Source of the DNA: Mantamonas sphyraenae STR306
Taxonomy: Eukaryota; Protista; CRuMs
Direction: 5' to 3'
Length of the DNA: 64,000 bases
Assembly (NCBI GenBank): GCA_026936335.1
Contig: JAPMXV010000015.1
Coordinates: 1-64,000 of the forward strand
Below are positions 1 to 11,097 of the stretch, piece by piece. Within the stretch, counting starts at the first letter, position 1. Each line of letters starts with the position of its first letter. The translations under genes and the position numbers were made by a program. The notes beneath the pieces were generated by a model. That model was given only the letters and a program-made list of their open reading frames with translations, did no database searches and was not told where the DNA came from.

Positions 1-133
1 ACCCTAAACCCTAACCCTAACCCTAACCCTAACCCTAACCCTAACCCTAACCCTAACCCTAACCCTAACCCTAACCCTAACCCTAACCCTAACCCTAACC
101 CTAACCCTAACCCTAACCCTAACCCTAACCCTA
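1..133. repeat. Telomeric repeat array (CCCTAA)n, i.e. TTAGGG-type chromosome end
   Basis: About 22 tandem CCCTAA units from the first base, with one CCCTAAA variant at the very start. The array ends abruptly at ~133. Confidence 0.98.
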
Positions 134-404
134 TCTTGTAGTTGCATGGTTGTTGGTGTGATGAGTCCGGTCTATGTCATGTGAGTTGTGCTTGTGTTAA
201 CTGGCGGTGTGGCTGAGTTGGGTGGTGACATGGGGCAGTGGGCAATGGGTGAGAGTGGAGATGTTGCTGGTGAGTGGCCGTCGTACTGCAACGCCGCGCA
301 GTCAGCACTGCCCTTCTGCCTTCAACCAAAGTATCACCAACACCCACAACTTCCTCCACCAGTCCAACACAACCCACATACACTCTATTACCATCACCAC
401 CATC

Positions 405-3400
405 ATGGACAACGACCACTCAAGCACTCCGAAGCAACAACACACACCCAACATCTACCCAGCGTGCGTTCTGCCTTCCACTTCGTTTTCTGACTGCCCG
501 CTTCTCCCGCTTCCTTCCCTCCTCCGTGCCTCTGTCGCTTCCCTGCACTCCTCCCCTGCATCTCCACTTCCCCATCACCACCGCTGCTGCCTTCTCCGCT
601 CTTCTCCGATACCCTCTCCCCTGTCACTGCCCTTCCCGTTGCCAGTTCCCCGGTCTGCCAATCTCCTCCGTTTCCCTCTTTGCTCGTTCCAGCCTCCCTT
701 CACCCCCGCTTCTGCTCTAACGGCGTCCATGTCGCCTTCCGCTCACCGTTCCCACCTCGCCCTTCCCCTCCCGTCTCCCCCACAGCTACGCGTACATGGT
801 CCCTCCCATGGCTGCCCAGCCGTTTCCGAATATGCTGCCCGTCTCTGGCGTACAAAACCCGTACCAGCACCCACAACCACCCATCATGTGGGTTCCTGTC
901 AACACCCACCCCCAGCAGCACCACGCATATGCTCATCAGGGCCATCCATATTACGCCTTCCCTCCTCCGCCGCCTCCTCAGCCGCGACAAACCGCCCAGA
1001 TGCACTTCGCTCAGCCTCCGTTGCACCCTCCGCCTGCTCAACCCACCACCAACCACAACCGCGTCCCCAAACGCATCAGCCCTGCCTTTGTCGGCATCAC
1101 ACGGACCACATCCACCACCACATCGTCGTCCTCCTCCCACCAGGCCACACGGCAGACTGGAGACAGCGACGACGACGACGCAGACCAGGACACAGCCACA
1201 CATGACACCGGCGACGTGGAGGACCTGATGTTTCTGAACTTTGGCCACCGTGAACCACGGTCGCCCTCCAGCAACTCAGAGTGGATGACCAGTTTATGGA
1301 TGGAGGCGTATGAAGAAAACGGCGAGGCAAACGACGCAACCCAGCATCAAGTGGAAGACCAATTGGAAACTCAGGGCCCGCTCAGTTTTGCAGACACAGG
1401 TGATACTATGGATGAGGAGTACATGCCACAAGATGACAGCGACGACGACACAGACGACATGGAGCAGGAGCACACGGACGAGTGGCAACCGAGACGCACA
1501 AGTGGAGGCCACAGACGAGGCAGAGACCACAATAGCCGACGTTCTGGTCCACAGAAGATGAAAGGCAGCGGACAGAGCAGGCTCAGGGTCACGGCTGGCA
1601 GTCGCACCGAGACAGGAACGTCAAGCACACGAGCAAGCAGGGCCAAGAACGGAGACAACGGTGCACGGGAGAACGCAGGCGTGGACAAGACGAACAAGTT
1701 GCCACATGGAGTTGTGCGCAAAGGGTGGACAGCGAGACACAGCGACGAGCGCATGCACAGTAACAAGAAGGAGCACACGGCACTGCTGAACCACATGCAC
1801 ACTCTGGCCAACGAGCATCGAATTGACGACATCCCCGACCTGGTGACCCTGCAGGCGCGTGTTGTGGTCTGCCATGGCACGCTGAACACGCTTGTCCGAC
1901 AGATTCAGCTCGCTCTGGGCAACATTCCCCTTTCCCAGGGCGACATGGCCTTCTGCCTCACTCTTCTCGGCCGTGACGTGGATCAAAGCGCGTGCAGCCA
2001 TGCCATCCTTCACGCTGGTCTGGCCATGGGTGTGACAAAGGCTGGGTTGAAGGTGTGCTGGCTGGAGAAGCCACACGACCACGGCGACCCCAACTACGCC
2101 CTCCTCCACCTGCTCATGACAGAGATGGACACTCTCGGCGACAGACGCCATCCCACCACCTGGGAGGAGCACGAGCAGACCCAGCTGTGGCTGCAGAAAG
2201 CACGACGCCCTGCTGGCAACAACAGCGATCCACACTGGACCAAATGCGACTACGACCACCACCTCACCTCAACCAAGGTGGGTAAGTGGCATCCTGAGTC
2301 AGTGCGCAGTGGCTGGAGCAAAGCCAACAGCGACGAGCGTGGCAGCTGCACGGCGCGGGAGTTCCAGACGCTGCTGGCACACATGAAGGCACGCGCAGCC
2401 GAGCACCCTCGCCACCAGCACACACGCGAGCACCAGGCACTGCGTGAGCTGATCAACAACGGTGACATGCAGTCCCTTGTGCGACACATCATCCTGGCGC
2501 TGGGCAACGTTGGCGTGCCGCCTGTCGACCTGGCCTTCTTTGTCCGCCTCCTCAGGCCACAACTCACCTACAGGCAGGTGCAGGGTGCCGTCAAGGACAC
2601 CCTCACCCGCGGTGTCACCTCCCTCTCCCTCAAGATTGCCTGGTTGGACAACCCCCAACCCAGCGACGTCACACTGCACACCCTCCTCCACACCCTCATC
2701 GACCGCATCACACCCCACATCACCACCCGCCCCACCACCGTCGACGCTGTCAACGCCATCGACATCCCCGAGCTTGTTCTTCCCGAGCTAACAGACGAGG
2801 AGAAGCTGGCCGTGGAGGATGGACTGCCAGATGGAGTTGTGCGCAGTGGCTGGACTCGCTGGCGCAAGAGCGAGCGCATACACAGCAACAAGAAGGAGCA
2901 CACGGCACTGCTGAACCACATGCACACCCTAGCCAACCAGCATCCCATCGACGACATCCCAGACCTCATGACCCTTCAGGCGCGTGTTGTGGTCTGCCAT
3001 GGCACCCTGATCACGCTGGTCCGACAGGTTCAGCTCGCTCTGGGCAACATTCCCCTCTCCCAGGGCGACATGGCCTTCTGCCTCACCCTTCTCGGCCGTG
3101 ACATGGATCAACAGGCGTGCAGCAAAGTCATCAACAAGGCTGGTCTGGCCATGGGTGTGACAAAGGCTGGGTTGAAGGTGTGCTGGCTGGAGGAGCCACA
3201 CGACCACGGCGACCCCAACTACGCCCTCCTCCACCTGCTCATGACAGAGATGGACACTCTCGGCAACAGACCCCACCCCACCACCTGGAAGGAGCACAAG
3301 CAGACCCAGCTGTGGCTGCAGAAAGCACGACGCCCTGCTGACAACAACAGCGATCCACACTGGACCAAATGCGACTACGACCACCACCTGACCACCACCA

Positions 3401-3963
3401 ATGTGCACAAGTGGCATCCTGAGTCTGTGCGCAGTGGCTGGAGCAAGACCGGCGACGAGCGAGGCAGCTGCACGGCGCGGGAGTTCCAGACGCTGCTGGC
3501 ACATATGAAGGCACGCGCAGCCAAGCACCCTCGCCAGCAGCACACACACGAGCACCAGGCACTGCGTGAGCTGATCAACAACGGCAGCAAGATGTCCCTG
3601 GTGCGAAACATCATCCTGGCGCTGGGCAACGTGGGGGTGCCGCCTGTCGACCTGGCCTTCTTTGTCCGCCTCCTCAGGCCACAACTCACCTACCAACAGG
3701 TGCAAAGTGGCATCAGCCTAACCCTCACCCGCGGCGTCACCTCCCTCTCCCTGAAGATCGCCTGGCTCGACAAACCCAAACCCAGCGACACCACACTGCA
3801 CACCCTCCTCCACACCCTCATCGACCGCATCACACCCCACATCTCCACCCGCCCCACCACCGTCGCCCTTGTCAACGCCTACCCCATCCCCTCCTTCACC
3901 CTCCCCAAGCGCAAAGACCTCTCCTCCTCCTCCTCCTCCTCCAAACGCCAACGCCTCGAATGA
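405..3963 (+). CDS. Telomere-proximal protein (~1078 aa): Pro/Gln/His-rich and acidic N-terminus plus four copies (A-B-A-B) of an unrecognised ~190-aa domain
   Basis: ORF 796-3963. A hand-derived exon 1 (405-463, MDNDHSSTPKQQHTPNIYP) joins in frame across a GTGCGT...CCCACAG pyrimidine-rich intron at 464-785. The protein ends SSSSSSSKRQRLE (NLS-like). Confidence 0.8.
1699..3905 (+). repeat. Intragenic tandem duplication, period 1125 bp (375 aa)
   Basis: LPHGVVRKGW... at 1699 recurs as LPDGVVRSGW... at 2824, with long identical nucleotide stretches between the copies. Confidence 0.95.
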
Positions 3964-4068
3964 GCCACCCCTTCATTTCCACACCCTTCTCAATCACCCT
4001 CCCTCCTCCACATACTCCTCCATTCCCCACACTCAAACATCGCCTCCCCGATCATCACCAACGCCACT

Positions 4069-4965
4069 TCAAGACGAAGGGACAAATTCGACACACCGCT
4101 CTTCACACTTCCTCTGCCTGGCCCTGCTCCCGTGCTTCGTCCCACACCCTCCGCACACAAAGCTCGTCCTGTCCAATCGCTTCATGTGCACACTCAGGTT
4201 CTTCTGTTCCTTGTACCTTGCTCCACACACACACACACACGGCCTCTTACTCTCTGCGTCCACCCGCTCCAACCTGTGTAATCCACCATTCTCATCAACC
4301 ACCGCTTGCTTCACAGATCGCCGCTGCCTCTGCGACACAACAGCTGTGTGTGCATACGACTGTCGCACTGCCTGCTTGAGTGTACCAGACATGCCCACCA
4401 CACCGTCCTCCAACGCTGCGTCCAAGTCCTCCGTGCCACAGGTGCGTGCTCGTACACGCAACCCGTTGATCGTTGCTCGATCCCACACAAGCCTCTGCCC
4501 ATGAGCCCATGACTGCAACCGCATCCAATGGCGAGTGTATCTGTCCTCCATGTCCTGCATGTCCTTCCATGGATTGTCCTTTCCAGCCTGATCCTGCACT
4601 CTCTCCCACACCTGCCACCCCGGTGCTCCTCGCAACGCTGCCACACTCATCACCACATGCATTCCTGCTGCTACAGGCTTCTCATTGTCCACACGCTGCC
4701 TCTTTGTACCTGGTCCTGCCTCACCTCCCATCCACTTGCGCTTCACTCCTTGCTGCCATCCAGTCTGCCCATCCACCCATGCTTCCACCCACTCCTGCTT
4801 GCTTCCACATTGCCTCATCTTCCCACCCTTCCGTCCATTCATCCTTCGTGCAGTTGTTTCCTCCCCTGCCATCTGCATCTGCTCCACCTGCATCCCCATC
4901 CCCTCGTGCCTCTGCAACACCTCCTCTCGCTTGCCCATCGCCAGTGTCTCTGAGCAGATGGCCAT
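4069..4965 (-). CDS. Putative zinc-finger protein (two C-terminal C2H2-like fingers); 5' end uncertain
   Basis: C-terminus CVCGARYKEQKNLSVHMKR...FVCGGCGTKHGSRARQRKCEERC and a KRQRV basic motif. Upstream exon(s) may lie around 5270-5536 (GTGAGG donor near 5268). Confidence 0.6.
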   Translation of the reverse strand: MAICSETLAMGKREEVLQRHEGMGMQVEQMQMAGEETTARRMNGRKGGKMRQCGSKQEWVEAWVDGQTGWQQGVKRKWMGGEAGPGTKRQRVDNEKPVAAGMHVVMSVAALRGAPGWQVWERVQDQAGKDNPWKDMQDMEDRYTRHWMRLQSWAHGQRLVWDRATINGLRVRARTCGTEDLDAALEDGVVGMSGTLKQAVRQSYAHTAVVSQRQRRSVKQAVVDENGGLHRLERVDAESKRPCVCVCGARYKEQKNLSVHMKRLDRTSFVCGGCGTKHGSRARQRKCEERCVEFVPSS

Positions 4966-5740
4966 TTACCTGTTGTTCTGGATGGATTGCCTCCTTCGGC
5001 GCAGCCCCAGTATTTCGTCGGTCGTGCAGTCGGACGAAAACGAGCGACTGCACGCCCCGAATTCAGAAGCACCAGAAAAGTCCGCCCAGCTCCCCTCCAA
5101 CCACATGCCGTCGACATGCAGTGGGTCCATGTGGGACCCTTGCACCCAAGAATCATCGCTGTGGGCATGGCCTTGGATCCATCTGGCTCTGCATTACCCT
5201 GGGCCATGTTCAAAAGCGGCCGTCTGCTCGTGCGCCAACCTTTCCAGCAAAAACCAAACCCACCTCACCTTCCTCCAGGTGGGGTGGGAAGTGTGAGGGT
5301 GTTGCTCTCCTCCAATCCATCATCCGGTCCCTTGCCACCCATCCCGTCCATACCCTCGCTGCTCTGCGTCGCCCCGTTCATCCAGCTGCTGGAATTCCGC
5401 GGTCCCTTCGTCGGCGCCTTTGCCTGCTTCGCTGCTTGCTTGTCTGTCCATGGGTGGTTCCCTGTCGGGTGTTTGCATGTGTGTGGCTGGTCGGCCATCG
5501 CCATGGCGCCATCTGGCGTCGCTTGCGGTGACATGAGCACCGGAGTGTTTTGTAGGCACAAGCCGACCAAACGACCACACACAACAGCGAAACCAGCGCA
5601 CACAAGCGACCAGTTTCCCCAACCAAAGCAGTGGCCAACCAACAAACAGACAAAAGCAAAGCAAGCAAGCGAACAAAAGCAAAACAAGCGAAACGCAAAC
5701 CCAACGCGACAACACAAACACAGCCAGCCAGCCAGCCAGC

Positions 5741-6343
5741 ATGAGCGAGAACAAGCGCAGTGCGGAGGAGATGGAGGGATGGATGGACCTGGACCTGGAT
5801 CTGGGTCTGGGTCTGGACTGGTGGATGCCGTCAGAGGAGGAGGAGGCCACCCCAGCGTGGAAGCGGCAGCGGGTGATGTCCACATCGCCCGAGCCATGGC
5901 CCATTGTGGGCAGCAGCAGCACAGAGGTGGAGGAGTGGGATCTGGGTCTGGTGGATGACCTGGAGACGCAGACCATGCTGGCTTCGCCCAGCAGCAGCAC
6001 CAGCACCAGCACCATGTGGAGTGAGCTTGCACAGGCTGCTGCCCTGGCTGCGCTGGGAGAGGAGGACATGCAGGAGCAGGAGAAGCAGGTGAGGCAGCCC
6101 GTGCCTGGAGTGGCCGCTGACGAGCCCGTGCTGGGCCGTGACGGCAAGTGGCACGCGCTGGCCGGTGTCGACGGAGACCAGGCAAAGCCCTTCCGCTGCA
6201 TGTGTGGCAGACGATACCCTCGCAAGAGCAGGGTGACCGACCACAAGAAGCAGGCAGTGGGGTTTGCCTGCGACGAGTGCGGCCATCGGCTGGCACGCAG
6301 GGACCGCCTGGCCGAGCACAAGCGCATCTTCCACTGCTACTGA
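5741..6343 (+). CDS. C2H2 zinc-finger protein (200 aa), acidic N-terminus
   Basis: KPFRCMCGRRYPRKSRVTDHKK followed by a canonical finger FACDECGHRLARRDRLAEHKRIFH. Also carries a KRQRV motif. Confidence 0.8.
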   Translation: MSENKRSAEEMEGWMDLDLDLGLGLDWWMPSEEEEATPAWKRQRVMSTSPEPWPIVGSSSTEVEEWDLGLVDDLETQTMLASPSSSTSTSTMWSELAQAAALAALGEEDMQEQEKQVRQPVPGVAADEPVLGRDGKWHALAGVDGDQAKPFRCMCGRRYPRKSRVTDHKKQAVGFACDECGHRLARRDRLAEHKRIFHCY

Positions 6344-6643
6344 GCAGAGGGCAGGAGCGCGGGGGAAGGAGAGGGAGTGACCACGACAATGCAACACACA
6401 CACACACACCCAACACCAAGGATCATTCAAGTCCACCACCGCCAACTGATAGCCTGCTTCACTGTCAATCTTGTGCAGTCGTTGTTCTCGTGCGCATTGC
6501 GCATGGTGGAATGGTTCTTGTGGGGCTGAGATGCAAGACGAGCTAACGAACGCAGTGCCATGCTGTGCTTCCTTGCTTCATTGTCCCGGTTCCCGAGTCC
6601 TTGGGCTGCAGCCGCTCCCACTCACTCGGATCCGCCTGAGTGC

Positions 6644-9600
6644 TCACCCCGTTTCTTCGAGGGCCGATGACCACACAGAGCGCACAAACCGCGTTTCTCG
6701 ACTCCTCACTGTGGCGTTGGGATCTGCACCGGCTTGGATGAGCATGGAAACAATGGCCCAGTTGCGTTTGGTTGCAGCGGCTCTGAGGGGCGAGAGTCCA
6801 CTTGCGGTGCTGGCATTTGGATCTGCCCCTGAGCCCAGAAGCACTTGGACAGCATCCACATGCTCTTCGTGTGCAGCAATTACGAGTGGAGTCCTCTCTC
6901 CAGGCACAAAGCCGTCGACCGGAAGGCCAGCTTCCAGCAACAAGCTCAGCACCTCTGTGGAACCATGCATTGCTGCCCTATGCAGTGCAGTGACATGGCC
7001 ATGGGACATACGATGGATGTCAGTGTTTGCATCCAACAAGGCTCTGACAGTGTGGGCGAACCCCTTGCCCGAAGCGATGAGCAGCGGGCTTCGGTCCGTC
7101 CAGCCGCCTTCCACATCGGCACCGGCTTGCAGCAACAACTGTACAACTTCTGCGCTGTCGCTATGCGCTGCTGATTCCATGACTCCCTGCCCGTTGAATA
7201 CCTGCGCGTGTACGTTTGCGCCTGCATCGAGCAGGAGCTGCACCATTCGAGACCGTCCCTGACGAGCTGCCATCATCAGGGGGGACGTGTGCGTCCGGTC
7301 ACACAAGTTGGGATTCGAACCCATCTCCAACAGCTTCTCCACCACATGCACCTGTCCATTCAGAATCGCAAGCATCAACGCAGTGGTCCCCTTGGCTGTA
7401 GCTGCATCCAGGTCAGCCCCACCGTCAACGAGGGCCATAGCCACGTTTACATGTCCCAGCTCACAAGCCATCATCAGCGGAGTGCGTCCAGAGTGACTCT
7501 CTGCGTTTGGATCAGCAGACGCCTCGAGAAGCAGCCGAATCAATGGCAAATTCGTCACAATGACAGCAACATGCAACGGGGTTTGCCCTTTGTGGTTGAC
7601 AATGTGCACGTCGATGCCTGCTTCGATAAGTACACGTGCACACTCCACATGGCCGTTTACCACGGCGGCATGCAAGGCTGTGGATAGGCGGGTGTTCTGC
7701 GCATTCACGTCTGCCCCTGCAGACAGCAATACCTCCATGGTGGCTTCGTGGCCAATCGAAGCAGCAACAATCAACGGTGTGTTTCCGCTCGGGTTTCTTG
7801 TGTGTACGTTGGCACCTGCGTTGATCAGCTGCAGCACAGTCTCCACATGGCCATCTGTCGCCGCTTTCATCAGTGCGGTCGACCCATTGCCCATGGTAAT
7901 CTCAATATTTGCACCTGCCTTTAGCAGCAGTGAGACGACATCGTTGTGGCCACGACTGACCGCCACGAGCAGTGCCGTCCATCCCCAGACCTTTTGTGCA
8001 TCGACGTCCACCCCTGCATCTAAGAGTGCCTTGACAATGCTCTTGTGACCCTGATGTGATGCACGCATCAACAGGGTGGTGTTCTCGTCGTCCGTTTGGT
8101 GCACATCGGCCCCCGCCTGCACCAGCATGTCGAACAGCTCCTCGTTTCCCGTGTCAACCGCCGCTTGCAAGGGTGTCTGTTGCAATTCGTTGGCGTTGTT
8201 GGCATCTAAACCGGCGTTCAACAACATGCGCACTGACTCGATGTGGTTGTTCAACACGGAGAGGAACAACGCACCCACGGCTCCGATGGACTCTGGCTCG
8301 ATCTGTGCCCCTGCGTCCATCAGCAGCTGTGCCACCTCTTTGTGTCCACTGGCAATTGCAGAGTGCAACGCTGAGCATCCTGATTGTGACACCCAATGAA
8401 CGTCCTCGCCTGTCTCCATCAGCAGCCGCACGGCATCCACGTGTCCTTCCTTTGCCGCCCACCGCAACGCACTCCACTCGGCGTCCACTCCTTGTGCATT
8501 GACCTGTGCACCTGCGTCCAACAATATGCGCAGCATGGACACGTCTCCTTGAGCGGCTGCTGCAAAGAGAATCGGATCTCCCGTGCATGCGTTGACATTC
8601 GCACCAGCTTTCAGAAGCATCTTGACACACGTTGGGTGATTGTGATGCACAGCATAGTGCAATGCAGTGACTCCCTTTGGTGTGTGTGCCTCCAAATCCA
8701 CCCCAGCATCCAAGAGACGTGTGACCATCCCCGCCATGCCCTTGGCGCACGCAAGCATCAGTGCTGTCTGTCCCTGGTTGCTGCGCACTGTTGTCGTGGC
8801 TCCTGAATCCATCAGAAACATTGATGTGATTACATGGTCCCTTTGCAAGGCTGCAATCAGTGGTGTGGAATCATCGTCCTCACACACTGCGTTGACATCG
8901 GCGCCCCCATTCACCAGCGCACTTACCACTGGCATATCACCTCCCATGGCTGCCATGTACAACGCGGTGGCGTTGTGTTGTGACAACCGGGCTTCTGTGT
9001 CTGCACCTGCGCCAAGAAGCACCTGCACAACATCCACTCGACCGTGCATGGACGCATTCAGCAGCGCAGTCATCCCATCCGTGTTCCTCTGAACGTTTGG
9101 ATCAGCCCCAGCCTCCAGTAGCACCCGCACAGCCTGAACATCGCTACGGCCTTTCTCGGTCGCCAACAGCAGCGCGGTGGACCCATCGTCGGTGGCAAGC
9201 TGCACGTTTGCCCCTCGGTCAAGCAAGGAGTTGATAACCCCAAGACGACCCTTTTCAACAGCTTTCATCAGTGCTGTCTTGCCATGGTCGGCAGTTGCAT
9301 CGGCATCCGCGCCTGCGTCGAGGACCGCATGCAGCATCTCCACACGACCTCGATGCACGGCACGCATCAACAGCGTACCACCCTTGGCATCTCGTTGATT
9401 GACATCTGCACCTGCTTCCACCAACATGCGGAATATGTGCAGGTTGCCCTTGTCCACAGCGGCCTCCACTGCAAAGTGCTTCTTCGGGTCGGAGTCCCTC
9501 GGATCGCAACCGGCATCCAGCAGCATTTGTACACACTCCTTGCTTTCGTGAAAGACAGCTTGGACCAACGCCCTGCGTGCACCCACGCTCCGTGCATCAA

Positions 9601-10966
9601 GGTGTGCACCTGACCCCATCAGCAGCGATGCCACGTCGGCATGTCCACACCCCAGAGCCAGATCCAACGCCGTGGTAGCCGTGGGGGAGATCCAATTCAC
9701 ATCTTCGCCTGCTTCCATCAGCATTTGAACGGCCTCCGCGTGTCCGGCTCTCGCTGCGACCTGCAACGCACTCCATTTGCCATCCACTCCTTTAGCGTTG
9801 ACTTTTGCACCTGCGTCCAGCAGCATGCGCACAACGGTCACATCTTCACACAGAGCAGCGGTCAGCAGAGTTGTGTTGCCCGCGTTGACATTGATCCCTG
9901 CAGCAAGCAGCAACTCGACACACCTGCGTGGGTGAGCGTGATCCAGCGCATGGTGCAACGCGGTCAATCCGTCGTTTGTCTGTGCATCCAACTCTGACCC
10001 AGCCTCCAACAGAAGTGTGACCATACCCACCATGCCGTTGGCACACGCAGTCATCAACGGCGTCCCGTCCGTGTTGGTCACGTTCACACTGGCATGTGCA
10101 CGCAGCAACAGCCTGGCCACAATTTCATGATCTTCCTGCAAGGCTGCCATCAGTGGAGTGGAGCCATCGTCACACACGACGTCCACAACCGCACCAGCTT
10201 GCAGCAGCGCTTGTGCAACGGACTCCCTCCCTCCCAGCGCTGCCATGTACAGTGCTGTGGCATTGTTATCGGTCAAACGAGCCTCTGTGTGTGCGCCTGC
10301 CTCCAGAAGGAGTTGCACGGATTCCAATGTGCCGTGGATGGATGCGTTGAGAAGCGGAGTCATCCCTTCGGAATTCGACTCGTTTGGATCTGCTCCAGCG
10401 TCCAACAGCATCCCCACCAACTCTCCACGCGTGTCGTCGTCAAACGCAGTCACAGGTGTAGTGCGCGCGGCCAGGATCAATGGTGTGGTTCCGTCTGCCA
10501 TGGCCGCGTGTATGTCCGCGCCGGCAGCAATCAAGTCCGCTGCAGCTTGCGCTTCACAATCGTCCATCAAGGCAAGGTGCAAAGCACGTTCCTTCGTTCG
10601 TCGACGTGACACTTCCAAGTCTGCCCCCAGGTGGATCAACGCCTGGACCCACGGCAGCTTTCGTCCCTGGAGGCCAAACGCCACGAGAAGCGCCGTTTCT
10701 CCCTCGCTGTCCTTGGCGTTCACGTTTGCTCCAAGTTCTGCAATACGCACCATGGTCTTTATGTCTCCAAGTCGTGTTGCATGCAGGAACGGCGTCCCAT
10801 TCTCGTCACTGGTGGAGTCCAAATTCAGCCCAGAAGAAAGCACCTGAGCGGCCACGTTTGTCCCTTGCTGCTCATCCGACTGGAAAACAGCTTTGAGGGC
10901 ACGCAACACCATTAATGGCAACCCTGTTGCTATTGCTTCATTCAACTTGGCCTCAGCTTGTTCCAT
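6644..10966 (-). CDS. Large ankyrin-repeat protein (~1440 aa, roughly 40 ANK repeats)
   Basis: Continuous G-x-T-[PA]-L-x-x-A...G-A-D-[VP]-N repeats. The stop overlaps a possible GTGAGC donor, so a further 3' exon cannot be excluded. Confidence 0.93.
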   Translation of the reverse strand: MEQAEAKLNEAIATGLPLMVLRALKAVFQSDEQQGTNVAAQVLSSGLNLDSTSDENGTPFLHATRLGDIKTMVRIAELGANVNAKDSEGETALLVAFGLQGRKLPWVQALIHLGADLEVSRRRTKERALHLALMDDCEAQAAADLIAAGADIHAAMADGTTPLILAARTTPVTAFDDDTRGELVGMLLDAGADPNESNSEGMTPLLNASIHGTLESVQLLLEAGAHTEARLTDNNATALYMAALGGRESVAQALLQAGAVVDVVCDDGSTPLMAALQEDHEIVARLLLRAHASVNVTNTDGTPLMTACANGMVGMVTLLLEAGSELDAQTNDGLTALHHALDHAHPRRCVELLLAAGINVNAGNTTLLTAALCEDVTVVRMLLDAGAKVNAKGVDGKWSALQVAARAGHAEAVQMLMEAGEDVNWISPTATTALDLALGCGHADVASLLMGSGAHLDARSVGARRALVQAVFHESKECVQMLLDAGCDPRDSDPKKHFAVEAAVDKGNLHIFRMLVEAGADVNQRDAKGGTLLMRAVHRGRVEMLHAVLDAGADADATADHGKTALMKAVEKGRLGVINSLLDRGANVQLATDDGSTALLLATEKGRSDVQAVRVLLEAGADPNVQRNTDGMTALLNASMHGRVDVVQVLLGAGADTEARLSQHNATALYMAAMGGDMPVVSALVNGGADVNAVCEDDDSTPLIAALQRDHVITSMFLMDSGATTTVRSNQGQTALMLACAKGMAGMVTRLLDAGVDLEAHTPKGVTALHYAVHHNHPTCVKMLLKAGANVNACTGDPILFAAAAQGDVSMLRILLDAGAQVNAQGVDAEWSALRWAAKEGHVDAVRLLMETGEDVHWVSQSGCSALHSAIASGHKEVAQLLMDAGAQIEPESIGAVGALFLSVLNNHIESVRMLLNAGLDANNANELQQTPLQAAVDTGNEELFDMLVQAGADVHQTDDENTTLLMRASHQGHKSIVKALLDAGVDVDAQKVWGWTALLVAVSRGHNDVVSLLLKAGANIEITMGNGSTALMKAATDGHVETVLQLINAGANVHTRNPSGNTPLIVAASIGHEATMEVLLSAGADVNAQNTRLSTALHAAVVNGHVECARVLIEAGIDVHIVNHKGQTPLHVAVIVTNLPLIRLLLEASADPNAESHSGRTPLMMACELGHVNVAMALVDGGADLDAATAKGTTALMLAILNGQVHVVEKLLEMGSNPNLCDRTHTSPLMMAARQGRSRMVQLLLDAGANVHAQVFNGQGVMESAAHSDSAEVVQLLLQAGADVEGGWTDRSPLLIASGKGFAHTVRALLDANTDIHRMSHGHVTALHRAAMHGSTEVLSLLLEAGLPVDGFVPGERTPLVIAAHEEHVDAVQVLLGSGADPNASTASGLSPLRAAATKRNWAIVSMLIQAGADPNATVRSRETRFVRSVWSSALEETG

Positions 10967-11097
10967 TTATGTTGGGTACCGCTGACACCGGTCCACACGA
11001 GGTCTCTTCTCCACCTCCGCTTCCACCTCCTCCTCCACTTCTTCATCCCTCCCTCGCTTCCTCGTCTCCCCTGACCTCCCCAAAGTGACCCTCTCCC

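Noticed and set aside
134-6343. Telomere-targeted retrotransposon or other mobile element
   Set aside because: No reverse transcriptase, endonuclease, integrase or transposase motifs, no terminal repeats or poly(A) tail, and the first gene has a spliceosomal intron.
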